This document shows, piece by piece, positions 26,932 to 35,535 of a stretch of 52,820 bases of DNA (positions within the stretch are counted from its first letter, which is position 1; each line of letters opens with the position of its first letter). This DNA is from a virus. Its lineage: Duplodnaviria > Caudoviricetes. Both the position numbers and the translations under genes were made by a program. The notes under the pieces are model-generated. The model ran no database searches, was not told the DNA's origin, and saw nothing but the letters and a program-made list of their open reading frames with translations. The stretch covers positions 1-52,820 of IMG/VR virus record IMGVR_UViG_3300032322_000399. One strand, written 5' to 3'.

Positions 26932-27060
26932 CTACCTCCTCCAATAGATCAGCCTTGCTAGCAGTAGGCACCGACGCTCGTGCCTGTCCATCCAGCGATC
27001 CGCGCCCCACCCGGTCAGGCGAGTAGCGGACTCCCCGCAGATGCACGAGATCCGTGTCAC
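26932..27060 (-). CDS. 42-aa Cys/His protein
   Basis: CICG...W...H...C; GTGA overlap. Confidence 0.5.
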   Translation of the reverse strand: MTRISCICGESATRLTGWGADRWMDRHERRCLLLARLIYWRR

Positions 27061-27239
27061 GGGGCCACGGCCCGGCGCTGAATCCGCGAGAGCCGCAGGT
27101 ACGACTCGTGGCGCGACCGACACGGCTTGCACTTCGGGGTCGTGCCAAGCCTGCCCCCACGGTTCGGGGTGAACTCGGTCAGCGGCTTGTCCACGCCGCA
27201 GGCGTTGCACACCTTCGAGATCGCGATCGTGGTCTCCAC
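27057..27239 (-). CDS. Zn-finger protein
   Basis: CNACGVDKPLTEF...CKPCR. Confidence 0.65.
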   Translation of the reverse strand: METTIAISKVCNACGVDKPLTEFTPNRGGRLGTTPKCKPCRSRHESYLRLSRIQRRAVAP

Positions 27240-27244
27240 GGCGG

Positions 27245-27517
27245 TCAGTTCTCCGGCAGGACGATCGGCTGACCGGCGGTGTACTGCTGGTCGATCAGGG
27301 CGTACAGGGCGCGGCGCTCGGTCGTGGCGATGTCGGCGAGTTCGGCGCGGTACTTCCAGCGCAGGACGTAGTAGGCGCGGCGGCTAGCGAGACGGTTCGC
27401 GACCTTCCGGGCGGCACGCTGCTCGTCCGAGAGGCGGGGGCGTCCCTGCCGCTTGATCTGCGGGGTCGTCCCGGTCTCCTTCGCGGCGAGCATGATCTGG
27501 TACGGGGTCATGGACAT
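27245..27517 (-). CDS. Basic hypothetical protein downstream of the ribozyme
   Basis: AGGAGCCCC RBS; GRPRL motif. Confidence 0.7.
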   Translation of the reverse strand: MSMTPYQIMLAAKETGTTPQIKRQGRPRLSDEQRAARKVANRLASRRAYYVLRWKYRAELADIATTERRALYALIDQQYTAGQPIVLPEN

Positions 27518-27540
27518 GGCGGGGCTCCTAACGGTTTCCT

Positions 27541-27600
27541 GACAGGCTCGTCAGCACGGGTACTCACCCGCGGACCCCCCGGTCGGGGGGTTTCGCCCTG
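27541..27600 (-). ncRNA. Hammerhead ribozyme (type II, helix II open)
   Basis: GGC-GAAA-CCCCCC(GACC)GGGGGG-UC-CGCGGG(UGAGUA)CCCGUG-CUGACGA-GCC: all core motifs and three helices. Confidence 0.88.
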
Positions 27601-27643
27601 GTCGTGCCTCCTCACTAGGAGAAGGCGTCGGAAGGTGCGGGGA

Positions 27644-27673
27644 ACAGTATCTAACCCCGGTTAGGTCTGTCAA
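27644..27673 (-). promoter_or_regulatory. SigA-type promoter with operator, driving the ribozyme leader
   Basis: TTGACA-N18-TACTGT; palindrome at 27651-27664. Confidence 0.82.
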
Positions 27674-27713
27674 GGGGGTGTCGGGATCGGCGTGTCAGAC
27701 CTCCGGCTAGGGC

Positions 27714-27983
27714 CTAGGCGGCGGGCCGCATCCGGCGGGCGACGTGGACCGTCCGAACCCGGTCGAGGCGGAAGGCCCGGTACTGCCCGTTCGGGCCTAC
27801 GCAGTCGATCCACGAGGTCGTGGGGGTGACGACGTAGCGCAGGAACCGGAAGCGGCCCCGCTCACCACGGATCCGGAACTCGACGCCGGGCCGCAGGTAT
27901 CGGCCTCCGGGTGCGGCGACCTCGGTGAGGCGCTGCCAATCGGGGTGTGCGGGGGTCGGGTGGTACTTCTTCCGAGCGATCAT
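27714..27983 (-). CDS. Hypothetical protein (SH3-like beta fold)
   Basis: GVEFRIRGERGRFRF...WIDCVG...RAFRLDRV; AGGAGCCAC at 27986; TAGAAT -10 beside operator variant. Confidence 0.75.
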   Translation of the reverse strand: MIARKKYHPTPAHPDWQRLTEVAAPGGRYLRPGVEFRIRGERGRFRFLRYVVTPTTSWIDCVGPNGQYRAFRLDRVRTVHVARRMRPAA

Positions 27984-28100
27984 CGGTGGCTCCTCTCGTG
28001 TGCTCGTACCCCTATTCTACTAACCGGGGTTTAGCGAGCATCGAGTTTCGAGCCCGATCTATGAGGCAGAACAGCCGCGACACGCCGCGACTTGACAGCG

Positions 28101-28229
28101 TTATCGAGGTTTACGCGCAGACCGCTCCGGAGCCGTGTAGTGCTGACGTGCGTAGTGCATCTTCCACAGAGCAGTCGGATCCACGCCGTCGCCCACGGCA
28201 CCGCAGATCCGACAAGTGAACGAACCCAC
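28101..28229 (-). CDS. 42-aa C2H2-type Zn-finger peptide (not in ORF track)
   Basis: MGSFTCRICGAVGDGVDPTALWKMHYARQH... Confidence 0.5.
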   Translation of the reverse strand: MGSFTCRICGAVGDGVDPTALWKMHYARQHYTAPERSARKPR

Positions 28230-28234
28230 CGCGG

Positions 28235-29842
28235 TCAGAGTTTCCAGTCATTCGTCTGCGTGAACCCGATCGGCGCGACCGTGGGGATCGAGCGGCCCGG
28301 CGGCTCGTACACGGCGAGGAGCATCGCGTCCGCACGGTCAGGCGATCCGACGCCGCGGCGCTTCATGTCCTTCTTCGACTCGATCACGATGCGGCCCGAT
28401 GAGTCCGACCGGTACGTCGGTCCCGACAGTTGCGATAGCCCACGGCGGTCGGTGTCGATGCGGAGACGCTGCGCCCCATCGGCGGCGGGCTGAAGCATCT
28501 GGCGGGCGTTCCACCACATCTCGGCCCGCTGGTTCGCGAACTTCGTCGGCTCGCCGGACTTCTCGGCGACGTTCACGGCGATGATGTCGGCGGCGTGCAT
28601 CTGCTCGTCCCGCCACCGTTGCAGCACCGATACCACGGCCCAGCCGACACCGATCGAGTCCACCTTGACACGGACAGGGCTCGACACCTGGCGGGCCTGC
28701 TGCTCGGCTTCGGCCTGCCGGATCTTCTCCAACACGACCCCAGCGACATCCACGGCGTTCGCGTTCGCCTGCCCCGAGGAGCGATGCCACACCGACACGG
28801 TGCCCCGGTCATAGGCAGCGATGACGAACTCGTCCCCACCGTCTGAGGCCACGTCCACGCCGAGGCGGATCGTGTCGTCGGTGTCGGGCTCGGCGTTGTC
28901 GAGGGCCTGCTCCGCCCAATGCAGGGGGATGACCTTGTTCGCGGTCTGCCGCGGGAAGCGGGCGTGGACGCGGGCCTCCACGAACGCGGAGTCCTCACCG
29001 AACTCCTGCATAACGTCCTCGACCCACTCGCGATCCACGAGGTGCGATGCCACCGAGTGCTTGGGCACCTCGGGCGGGCAGGCATGACAGATCCCGGCGT
29101 CCTCCCCGGTCCAGTTAGGTGTCGCCTCGACGGGGATCGGGATGACGTTGTACAGAGGCGACTCGCACGCCTGCTCGAACCACGTCCCCTCCGCGTCCAC
29201 CGGAGGGTTCCCGAGGACGAGGAGGCGCGTATGCCCGCCTGTCATGAGGGCCTCTAATGCGCGTCCGAGGATCGGGGAGATGCCGCCCGCCTCGTCTACG
29301 ACGATCAGGAGATGCGGGGCGTGGATACCTTGCACGGCGGTCTCGTCGTGGTCGGCGGGGCTGAACCCGTCCGCAACCGTCTCACCCGCGATCTTCCACT
29401 CCACGAGGTTCGTCTCACCCGGCAGATCGTGGCGGGCGATGACCCGGCGCAGGTGAGGCCACAGGACGTTCTTCACCTGCCGGAACGTCGAGGCCGTGGT
29501 CACGACTCGGGCGGTCCCGGGGGGATGCACGGTGCCCCACCACGCGATCACGCGGGAGGCGACGTGAGACTTGCCGGGCGCGTGACAGGCAGGGACCACG
29601 GTGCGCTTGTTGTCCCGTACGGACTCCATGATCTCCCGCTGCTTCGACCAGACGGTCTCGTGCAGCACGTCCCGGGTGAAGCCCACGGGGTCGTCGGCGT
29701 AGCGGGACCACAGGGCAGACGTACCGGCCTTCGACAAGGCCGCGACAGCGACAGCCCGCTCCTCGGGCGAGAGGGCCTCTAGGGCTTTCCTGCGGGCATC
29801 CGGGGGCGCTGCGAGGAGAAGCCCGGCGAGCCGGTCACTCAC
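28235..29842 (-). CDS. terL: Terminase large subunit
   Basis: Walker A ACHAPGKS, Walker B VVDEAG, GNP, nuclease LGVDVA and SPDRADA. Confidence 0.93.
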   Translation of the reverse strand: MSDRLAGLLLAAPPDARRKALEALSPEERAVAVAALSKAGTSALWSRYADDPVGFTRDVLHETVWSKQREIMESVRDNKRTVVPACHAPGKSHVASRVIAWWGTVHPPGTARVVTTASTFRQVKNVLWPHLRRVIARHDLPGETNLVEWKIAGETVADGFSPADHDETAVQGIHAPHLLIVVDEAGGISPILGRALEALMTGGHTRLLVLGNPPVDAEGTWFEQACESPLYNVIPIPVEATPNWTGEDAGICHACPPEVPKHSVASHLVDREWVEDVMQEFGEDSAFVEARVHARFPRQTANKVIPLHWAEQALDNAEPDTDDTIRLGVDVASDGGDEFVIAAYDRGTVSVWHRSSGQANANAVDVAGVVLEKIRQAEAEQQARQVSSPVRVKVDSIGVGWAVVSVLQRWRDEQMHAADIIAVNVAEKSGEPTKFANQRAEMWWNARQMLQPAADGAQRLRIDTDRRGLSQLSGPTYRSDSSGRIVIESKKDMKRRGVGSPDRADAMLLAVYEPPGRSIPTVAPIGFTQTNDWKL

Positions 29843-30305
29843 TCGTCTCCCCGGACAGCATCGCGGCGATCTTCGCCTCTACCTCGTCCACCGAGACGGT
29901 GAGCCGCACGGGGGTGTCTGTACCTGCGACCTCGACTCGGCGGGCGTACCGCGAAGGCATCCGGCGCTCCAGCCACCACGCTGCGGCCTGCCATGTGCCC
30001 CCGGCGGCGGCGTTCTGGATCACGGAGATGTTTCGGATCTCGGCGTCGGCCTGCGCCTTCTTTACGGACTCCCATATCTCCCGGTACGGGGTCTCGTCGG
30101 GGTCCGGTTCTGCGCCGTCTGCGATGCGCTCCTCCTCGGTGCGCCCTCGATCCATCCAGCGGTAGAACGTGGTCGTGCCGATGCCGACGTGAGCGGCTGC
30201 GCCTTCGTGGGTCGCCCCGGCGCGGATAGCCGCGCATAGGGTCTTCTGGATCTCGGGGTCGAGGAGTTTCGGTCGTCGGCCCTTACGCTTCGGGGTCTCT
30301 GACAT
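29835..30305 (-). CDS. terS: Terminase small subunit
   Basis: GRRPKL, HTH AAAHVGIGTTTFYRW, WQAAAWWLERR; upstream of TerL. Confidence 0.8.
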   Translation of the reverse strand: MSETPKRKGRRPKLLDPEIQKTLCAAIRAGATHEGAAAHVGIGTTTFYRWMDRGRTEEERIADGAEPDPDETPYREIWESVKKAQADAEIRNISVIQNAAAGGTWQAAAWWLERRMPSRYARRVEVAGTDTPVRLTVSVDEVEAKIAAMLSGETSE

Positions 30306-30309
30306 GTGT

Positions 30310-31011
30310 TCAGTCTACGGGGGTTAGGGATCGGGCGGGCAGTTCAGGGAGTTCGGGTCGGTGTAGCGGGGGGCGTTGCCACGACGGTTCCCAGGTGGCG
30401 AGTTCTTCGTCCTGCGGGCGGTATTCGATGTGCCCGGCGGTGTTCAGGGTGTCGAGCACGTCGAGGATGAGCCGCACGCCCATTGGGGCTAGGCGTTCCC
30501 TCCACAGGGTCTCGGGGGTGTCGTCGGGATGGACGTGGCACCAGTCCTGCGCTGCGATCGGCCCGGCGTCCACGGTATCGGTGAGGTGGTACACGGTGCC
30601 TCCGGTGATCCTGTCGCGGTCTCGGATCGTCCACCGGATTGCGTCCCTGCCGCGGTGTAACGGGAGGAGGCTCGGGTGGTAGCCGATCGCGTAGGTGCAG
30701 CGGAGCCGGGCGACACGGGAGATGAAGGCGTGACTGTGAGCGGATACGAGTACGTCGGTGCTCGGTGGTAGTCGGTCGGCCCGCAGTTCGAGGGCATCGA
30801 GCCACGGGACGCCGACAAGACCGGCCCACGCACGGAGGCGGTCGTGGCGGAACCCCTCCTCCGCGGTGCCGTAGGTGTAGTGCAGCCCGTCGTGGGGGGC
30901 GGAGAACGCGGGCGAGATGACGAGGGCGAGGTCGTAGCCTGCCTCCCCGATCGCCGCGGCGACGGCCTGCCCGAACGCTCGGGAACCTGAGACGACGACG
31001 CGGATGGTCAT
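30310..31011 (-). CDS. Formyltransferase (Fmt/PurN-like)
   Basis: GYHPSLLPLHRGRDAIRWTI...GGTVYHL...DAGPI; ATGA coupling at 31008-31011. Confidence 0.88.
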   Translation of the reverse strand: MTIRVVVSGSRAFGQAVAAAIGEAGYDLALVISPAFSAPHDGLHYTYGTAEEGFRHDRLRAWAGLVGVPWLDALELRADRLPPSTDVLVSAHSHAFISRVARLRCTYAIGYHPSLLPLHRGRDAIRWTIRDRDRITGGTVYHLTDTVDAGPIAAQDWCHVHPDDTPETLWRERLAPMGVRLILDVLDTLNTAGHIEYRPQDEELATWEPSWQRPPLHRPELPELPARSLTPVD

Positions 31012-32156
31012 GCGGGGGTCCGTTCCCCAAGGTAGCGGAAGCCTTGAACGGCCCGCATGTGTCCGCCGAACCCGGCGATTCGGGCCCCGGACTTCTTCAT
31101 CGACTTCAGGGACGCGGCCTTCGATGCCCCGTACAGGCTCGCGGACACCTGAACCCACTTCGGGTCGCGGCGTAGCGCGGCGCATAGTTGCGGATGCGAC
31201 GTGTGGAAGATCGTGGTCATGCGGCGCGGCAGCACACCGTCGCCGAGGCGCTGCATCTCGCAGACGTGGTTCAGGAACTTCAGCCCTAGCCCTGCTCCTT
31301 GCCATTCGGGCATGACGACCATGCGGCAGGCGCGGGCTTCCACGGACTGCACCGTCTTGCCCCTGTGCTTGACAGGGACGTTGCGGGTCGCGATACCGAG
31401 ATGCGCGACAGGTTCACCGTCCACGAACGCGACGTACACCTTGCCCGCGAGCATCGGCCCGGCCTCTAGATAGTGATACGGCTTGAAGGTCTCCCATAAC
31501 TCCCAGCCTCCGAGCCGGATATCGACTTCGATCGGTGAGCGACGTTGATGCCACCCCCAGGCGAACTCGTCCTTGCCGGTGTCGTACACCCAATCGGGTT
31601 GCAGCCAGTCGAGCACGTCATAGTGGCACGTCAGGAGCACGGCCTGACCTGCGTCACGTCGCCAGCCCTTAGCGAACGCCTGAGCGCCGATCTTCGCGAT
31701 CTGCCGATCGACCACGGACGTGAACTCGTCCACGACCACGCGGGCCGGACGCTCGGCGAGGACACGGGCGAGGTCGGCTCGGAACTGTTGCCCCGTCGAA
31801 AGGACCGAGTAGGGGCGGAGCCACGCGCGTACCTCACCGAGCCCGACCTGACCTAGGGCCCCGGTCACGGCATCGAAGTCTTCACCCTTCCCGATCACGT
31901 CGATGATCGGTGCATCCTTAGGCCACCGGAACTGCGACGCCTTGTACGGTGCGCCGTCCCACAGGGCCTTGCCGATGCTCGACTTCCCCGAGCCGGACGG
32001 GCCCACGACCACGCCGATCTGCCACTCCTTCTCCTCGATCGGCAGGTCAGCCACGAGGTCGAACGCGGTCGCGTCCTCACAGTTGAACAGAGACTTGACA
32101 CGGGCCGCGCGGTACGAGTCGAAGTCGCTCGTGCGATGCGCGATCTCGACCTTCAC
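31008..32156 (-). CDS. ABC-type ATPase fused to GNAT acyltransferase
   Basis: GPSGSGKS, LSTGQ, VVVDEF, TCH; RMVVMPEWQGAGLG acyl-CoA motif; GTGA coupling. Confidence 0.88.
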   Translation of the reverse strand: MKVEIAHRTSDFDSYRAARVKSLFNCEDATAFDLVADLPIEEKEWQIGVVVGPSGSGKSSIGKALWDGAPYKASQFRWPKDAPIIDVIGKGEDFDAVTGALGQVGLGEVRAWLRPYSVLSTGQQFRADLARVLAERPARVVVDEFTSVVDRQIAKIGAQAFAKGWRRDAGQAVLLTCHYDVLDWLQPDWVYDTGKDEFAWGWHQRRSPIEVDIRLGGWELWETFKPYHYLEAGPMLAGKVYVAFVDGEPVAHLGIATRNVPVKHRGKTVQSVEARACRMVVMPEWQGAGLGLKFLNHVCEMQRLGDGVLPRRMTTIFHTSHPQLCAALRRDPKWVQVSASLYGASKAASLKSMKKSGARIAGFGGHMRAVQGFRYLGERTPA

Positions 32157-32758
32157 GTCGTCACGACCTTGCACTTGTAACCGTCATCGAGGAGCCGCTG
32201 GTAGGTATCGGCCTGATCCTGCTCGGTGTCGCACATCACGATGACCCCGTACTGCTGGCGGTACTTGTCCTCGACCTCCACGTCATCGAAGTAGTCCGCA
32301 GAGTCGGGGATCTCCTCGTCCTCGGCGTGCTCGTGGAGCAGGAGCGCGGCCTCCTCCGGTGTCCAACCGATGTCTTCGAGCATGTCCATGTCCGAGGCGA
32401 AGTCGGACAGCATGTCAGCGAGGAGAGCGTCGTCGTAGGAACCGATGTCGCCGAGGCGGTTGTCGGCGAGCGCGAACGCGCGAGCGGTCCAGCGGTCATC
32501 GTCCACGAACACGACCGCGATCTTGTCCCAGCCGAGTTCCACGGCGGCGGCGTAGGTGTGGTTGCCTGCGATGATCTCGCCGCGGGCTCCGGTGCCGTCG
32601 AGTTTCCGGACCACGATCGGCTTCCGCTGACCGAAGCGGCGCAGCGACTTCGAGATCCGAGACACGTCACCCCGGCGAGGGTTCCCCTCCAAAGGGAGGA
32701 GTTCCCCGACCGGGGTGAGGAGAGGTTTCAGAGAGTCGGGAACCTTAGGGGATGCCAT
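32153..32758 (-). CDS. ParB/Srx-like N-terminal domain protein
   Basis: NPR...SLRRFGQRKPIVV...IIAGNHT...ALADNR; small C-terminal QYGVIVMC...GYKCKVV domain. Confidence 0.85.
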   Translation of the reverse strand: MASPKVPDSLKPLLTPVGELLPLEGNPRRGDVSRISKSLRRFGQRKPIVVRKLDGTGARGEIIAGNHTYAAAVELGWDKIAVVFVDDDRWTARAFALADNRLGDIGSYDDALLADMLSDFASDMDMLEDIGWTPEEAALLLHEHAEDEEIPDSADYFDDVEVEDKYRQQYGVIVMCDTEQDQADTYQRLLDDGYKCKVVTT

Positions 32759-32793
32759 GCGGGCATCCTATCCGGGGTTATGGACTCACACGC

Positions 32794-33153
32794 CTAGAGA
32801 CGATGCTCGGGGCATATCGCGACGATCGCGGCTGCCACGAGGGCTGCGGCGTCGTCAGAGTCGAGGCCGGAGGACAACGTGACATCCCCGATGTCCTCGA
32901 CCGAGTAGCCCTCATCGAGAGCACCGCAGATCCCGCGGCCCACGTCGAGAAGCGTCCGCCGGTCGAGGAGGGCGAAGTCCCTACTCTCGGCGTACAGGAG
33001 CATGAGGAACTCATCATCGTCACTCATCGCGGGAACGTCCGCGGCCTTGCTCGGAGGTGTCGCGGTGACGGTCACGGTCGTAGCGGCTCCGGGGGTAGCG
33101 CACGCGGCGACCGCGACAGGAGCGGCGAGGACAGCGAACAGGCGGCGGTTCAC
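32794..33153 (-). CDS. DUF732-like lipoprotein
   Basis: Lipobox AVAAC; DDEFL...GRGICGALDEG...AAIVAICP. Confidence 0.75.
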   Translation of the reverse strand: MNRRLFAVLAAPVAVAACATPGAATTVTVTATPPSKAADVPAMSDDDEFLMLLYAESRDFALLDRRTLLDVGRGICGALDEGYSVEDIGDVTLSSGLDSDDAAALVAAAIVAICPEHRL

Positions 33154-33212
33154 GCAGCCCCCACGGTGAGCACGACGGTTCCGTCGATGTATCGCGTGAC
33201 ATGGTAGTTCAC
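33150..33212 (-). CDS. 20-aa coupling micro-ORF
   Basis: MNYHVTRYIDGTVVLTVGAA; AAGGAG RBS; GTGA overlaps at both ends. Confidence 0.45.
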   Translation of the reverse strand: MNYHVTRYIDGTVVLTVGAA

Positions 33213-33808
33213 TTCTTCTCCTTCGGGGGGAGGGTCTTGCAGGGGTACAGAGAGAGGCCGGTGCGGAACGGGGCCATGATCCAGTTCTCGTGCTGCCAAG
33301 ATGACCAGCCGCCGTAGTGTGAGGCGTCGAGGTTGCCTTCAGCGGTCAGACCCCACGGAGCCCAGTAGCGGCCCTTGTTCGTCATGTGCTTGTAGACGAT
33401 GCGGGACTGCCGTAGCGGGTCGAGCATCGCGGAGCGCGACCACCACGACTTCCCCGAGTGCGCGGAGGTCTGTACCTGCCAATATCCCAGAGCACCTGTG
33501 AACCACGGGCTCGACTCGTCTAGGTTCTGGTGCTTCGACTCACGGTAGGTGATAGCCCACGCCTGCTTATGCGCGTAGCCGCGGAACCCGGCCTCGTACA
33601 GGATCTTCGCGGCGGTGTCGCGGCACTTCCACGGCTCGGGCTTCTTAGCGGAGCGGGCGTCTAGTACGGACTCCTGAACAGGGGGCGGGGGCGCTGCGTC
33701 GGCTACGTCGAGAGACGCGAGAGCGGCGACCGGGAGCAGCGCGAGGGTGATCGCGATGTTCGCGGCGATGCGACCTCGGCGGGTCAGGCGGACGGGTGGG
33801 CGGTTCAT
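33209..33808 (-). CDS. Membrane-anchored lytic transglycosylase-like protein
   Basis: N-terminal TM; AGF...AITYRES...GYWQV...WAPW. Confidence 0.65.
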   Translation of the reverse strand: MNRPPVRLTRRGRIAANIAITLALLPVAALASLDVADAAPPPPVQESVLDARSAKKPEPWKCRDTAAKILYEAGFRGYAHKQAWAITYRESKHQNLDESSPWFTGALGYWQVQTSAHSGKSWWSRSAMLDPLRQSRIVYKHMTNKGRYWAPWGLTAEGNLDASHYGGWSSWQHENWIMAPFRTGLSLYPCKTLPPKEKK

Positions 33809-34206
33809 GCGTACTCCTTCGTCAGGGCTGCGGCGTGATCCGCGGCCTCGGCGGCGTCGTGCGTCTGGAAGCGGTCCTCGTATGAGCCGGTGAAGTCGTC
33901 CCACGTCTGCACGATGAAGTCGCAGCGCCACGCGATGATCTGCACGTCGTCATTCCCGAGCAGCAGGTGAAAGTCGGCGGAGCGGCGGGGTAGGTGCTCA
34001 CGGGCCCACGTCCACGAGGTGTCGGAGGCGTTCAGGGCGTCGGCTACGGGAGCGAGGAGGATCCACGCTGCGGTAGCGATCTCGCGGTGATCGGCGTCGA
34101 ACGGAGAGCAGTTGGGGCAGGCGCAGTATTCGTTGCAGCGGTCGAACTCGCGGCACTCCGGGGAGGGGCAGGGCATCGGGGCGACGAGGTTCATGGGGCG
34201 GTTCAT
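33805..34206 (-). CDS. Cys-rich hypothetical protein
   Basis: AGGAGCCAC at 34208; behind promoter. Confidence 0.7.
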   Translation of the reverse strand: MNRPMNLVAPMPCPSPECREFDRCNEYCACPNCSPFDADHREIATAAWILLAPVADALNASDTSWTWAREHLPRRSADFHLLLGNDDVQIIAWRCDFIVQTWDDFTGSYEDRFQTHDAAEAADHAAALTKEYA

Positions 34207-34247
34207 GGTGGCTCCTAACGGTCGGGCGGGGTTGCCTTGACAGATCA

Positions 34248-34277
34248 ACCTTAGCCTAACCCGGGTTAGGAAGTCCA
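34248..34277 (-). promoter_or_regulatory. Promoter with operator
   Basis: TGGACT-N18-TAAGGT; perfect palindrome CTAACCCGGGTTAG at 34256-34269. Confidence 0.8.
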
Positions 34278-34346
34278 GGCCCTAGGGGGCACGCGGGCGT
34301 GTCCAGGCATGTTGCAGCCCTCGTAGGAGGCCGTTACACGGCGGTG

Positions 34347-34604
34347 TTACAGGTCGCGGATAATCTTGTACACGGCCTGCTCGGAGACGCCCATCGCCTC
34401 GGCGATCTCCCGGTACTTCACGCGATGATCCCGCAGCCGGAGCACGATGCGACGGCGACGTTCCCCGAGTCGCTCGATCGAAGCCTGGTGCTCCCGCATC
34501 ATCTGCGTGAGCATCTGAACCTCATCGAGCCCGTTCAGGTCTCGCTTGTCCATGTCCTCCTCGAAGGTGGCAGCGAGCGGCTCCACCTCGGCGGCGATGG
34601 TCAT
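34347..34604 (-). CDS. HTH DNA-binding protein
   Basis: Coiled coil then VKYREIAEAMGVSEQAVYKII. Confidence 0.8.
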   Translation of the reverse strand: MTIAAEVEPLAATFEEDMDKRDLNGLDEVQMLTQMMREHQASIERLGERRRRIVLRLRDHRVKYREIAEAMGVSEQAVYKIIRDL

Positions 34605-34638
34605 CGTGTCTCCTGGGTATCGTGAGTGCGGACGGTTA

Positions 34639-35076
34639 CTAGGCGGTTTCGGTCGAGCCGGTGACGTACAGGACGAGCGAGTTCTTCCCACGCTGCGGTG
34701 TCGCGAACGTGACGAGCCGCAGGTACTCCGACGAGTCGTCCGGAGCGATGCCCGCGTCCACGAGCCCGTCGATCGCGGCTTTCACCGCCGGGGCGCATCC
34801 GGCTACGTCCTGCAACCGCCCGCCCTTCTGGTACGGCTCGGCGATCACGGTGAACCACGACAGCGGCGGGATTCGCTGCGAGCGAGCGAGGAGTGTGAAC
34901 GCCATGCGCCACTCCTTCGTCAGTTTCGCGCGTTCCCAATGGTTGCCCTTCCGCTCGGCGTTCGTCGTCCACGGTCGCGCCGGGTATTCGAGGCGGTAGG
35001 TCATGAGCGCCTCCGAGCATCCCGGCATGTGTCCCTCCTGCTCCCCGCAGAGAGCGCAGGGGGGAGATATGTCCAC
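34639..35076 (-). CDS. RusA-like Holliday junction resolvase
   Basis: PWTTN...QDV......KAAIDGLVDAGIAPDDS; start 35076 (leaderless) or 35004. Confidence 0.78.
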   Translation of the reverse strand: MDISPPCALCGEQEGHMPGCSEALMTYRLEYPARPWTTNAERKGNHWERAKLTKEWRMAFTLLARSQRIPPLSWFTVIAEPYQKGGRLQDVAGCAPAVKAAIDGLVDAGIAPDDSSEYLRLVTFATPQRGKNSLVLYVTGSTETA

Positions 35077-35085
35077 TCGAAGATC

Positions 35086-35535
35086 CTACCCCGGGTTGTA
35101 GACGCCGGAGGCTTCGAGATACACGCGCCGCTTCCGATGTAGCAGCACCGGAGTTTCGAGCGCGTCATCACCCGAGCGCAGGAGGTAGCCGAGGACTCGT
35201 GCGTCGTTGCGGTTCGACTCGATCCAGCCGTGGCAGCCCGTAGTGCCGGATCCGCAGAGGTACATGAGGTTCGTAGGCGAGTTGATCTCAGGGTTCCGAG
35301 TGCCGCCCATTCCGCGGGGGCGGCGGTGGTGGATCGACCAGTCCCGCGTCGGCTTCTCCCCGCAGACCTCGCACACGCCACCGGCCCGAGCGATCACGAG
35401 GGCCCGGGTGTCCTCAGAAGGCCCCGTGGAAGCCCCAGAACGGCCCGTAGGCGGCTTAGAGCCCGGGGTAGGGGTCTTCGGCCCTGCGGAGCGCTTCATG
35501 GGCGTACGGCGGGCCGGAGGCCCTGACCGCTTCAC
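35086..35535 (-). CDS. HNH endonuclease
   Basis: CEVCG...HHRRPRGMGG...NLMYLCGSGTTGCHGWIE. Confidence 0.85.
   Translation of the reverse strand: MKRSGPPARRTPMKRSAGPKTPTPGSKPPTGRSGASTGPSEDTRALVIARAGGVCEVCGEKPTRDWSIHHRRPRGMGGTRNPEINSPTNLMYLCGSGTTGCHGWIESNRNDARVLGYLLRSGDDALETPVLLHRKRRVYLEASGVYNPG

Noticed and set aside
28080-28120. Plus-strand GACAC...TTGACA, possible antisense promoter
   Set aside because: No acceptable -10 at 16-19 bp spacing.
30310-31305. 331-aa version of the formyltransferase and other extended ORF-track starts (e.g. 22827-23372, 33209-33931, 26275-26730)
   Set aside because: N-terminal extensions overlap upstream genes; internal starts with RBS or 4-bp coupling are better supported.
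31008-32758. ParB as plasmid-prophage partitioning and the ABC ATPase as a transporter
   Set aside because: No ParA and no ParB HTH/dimerisation region; no membrane subunit; the ATPase is fused to a GNAT domain.
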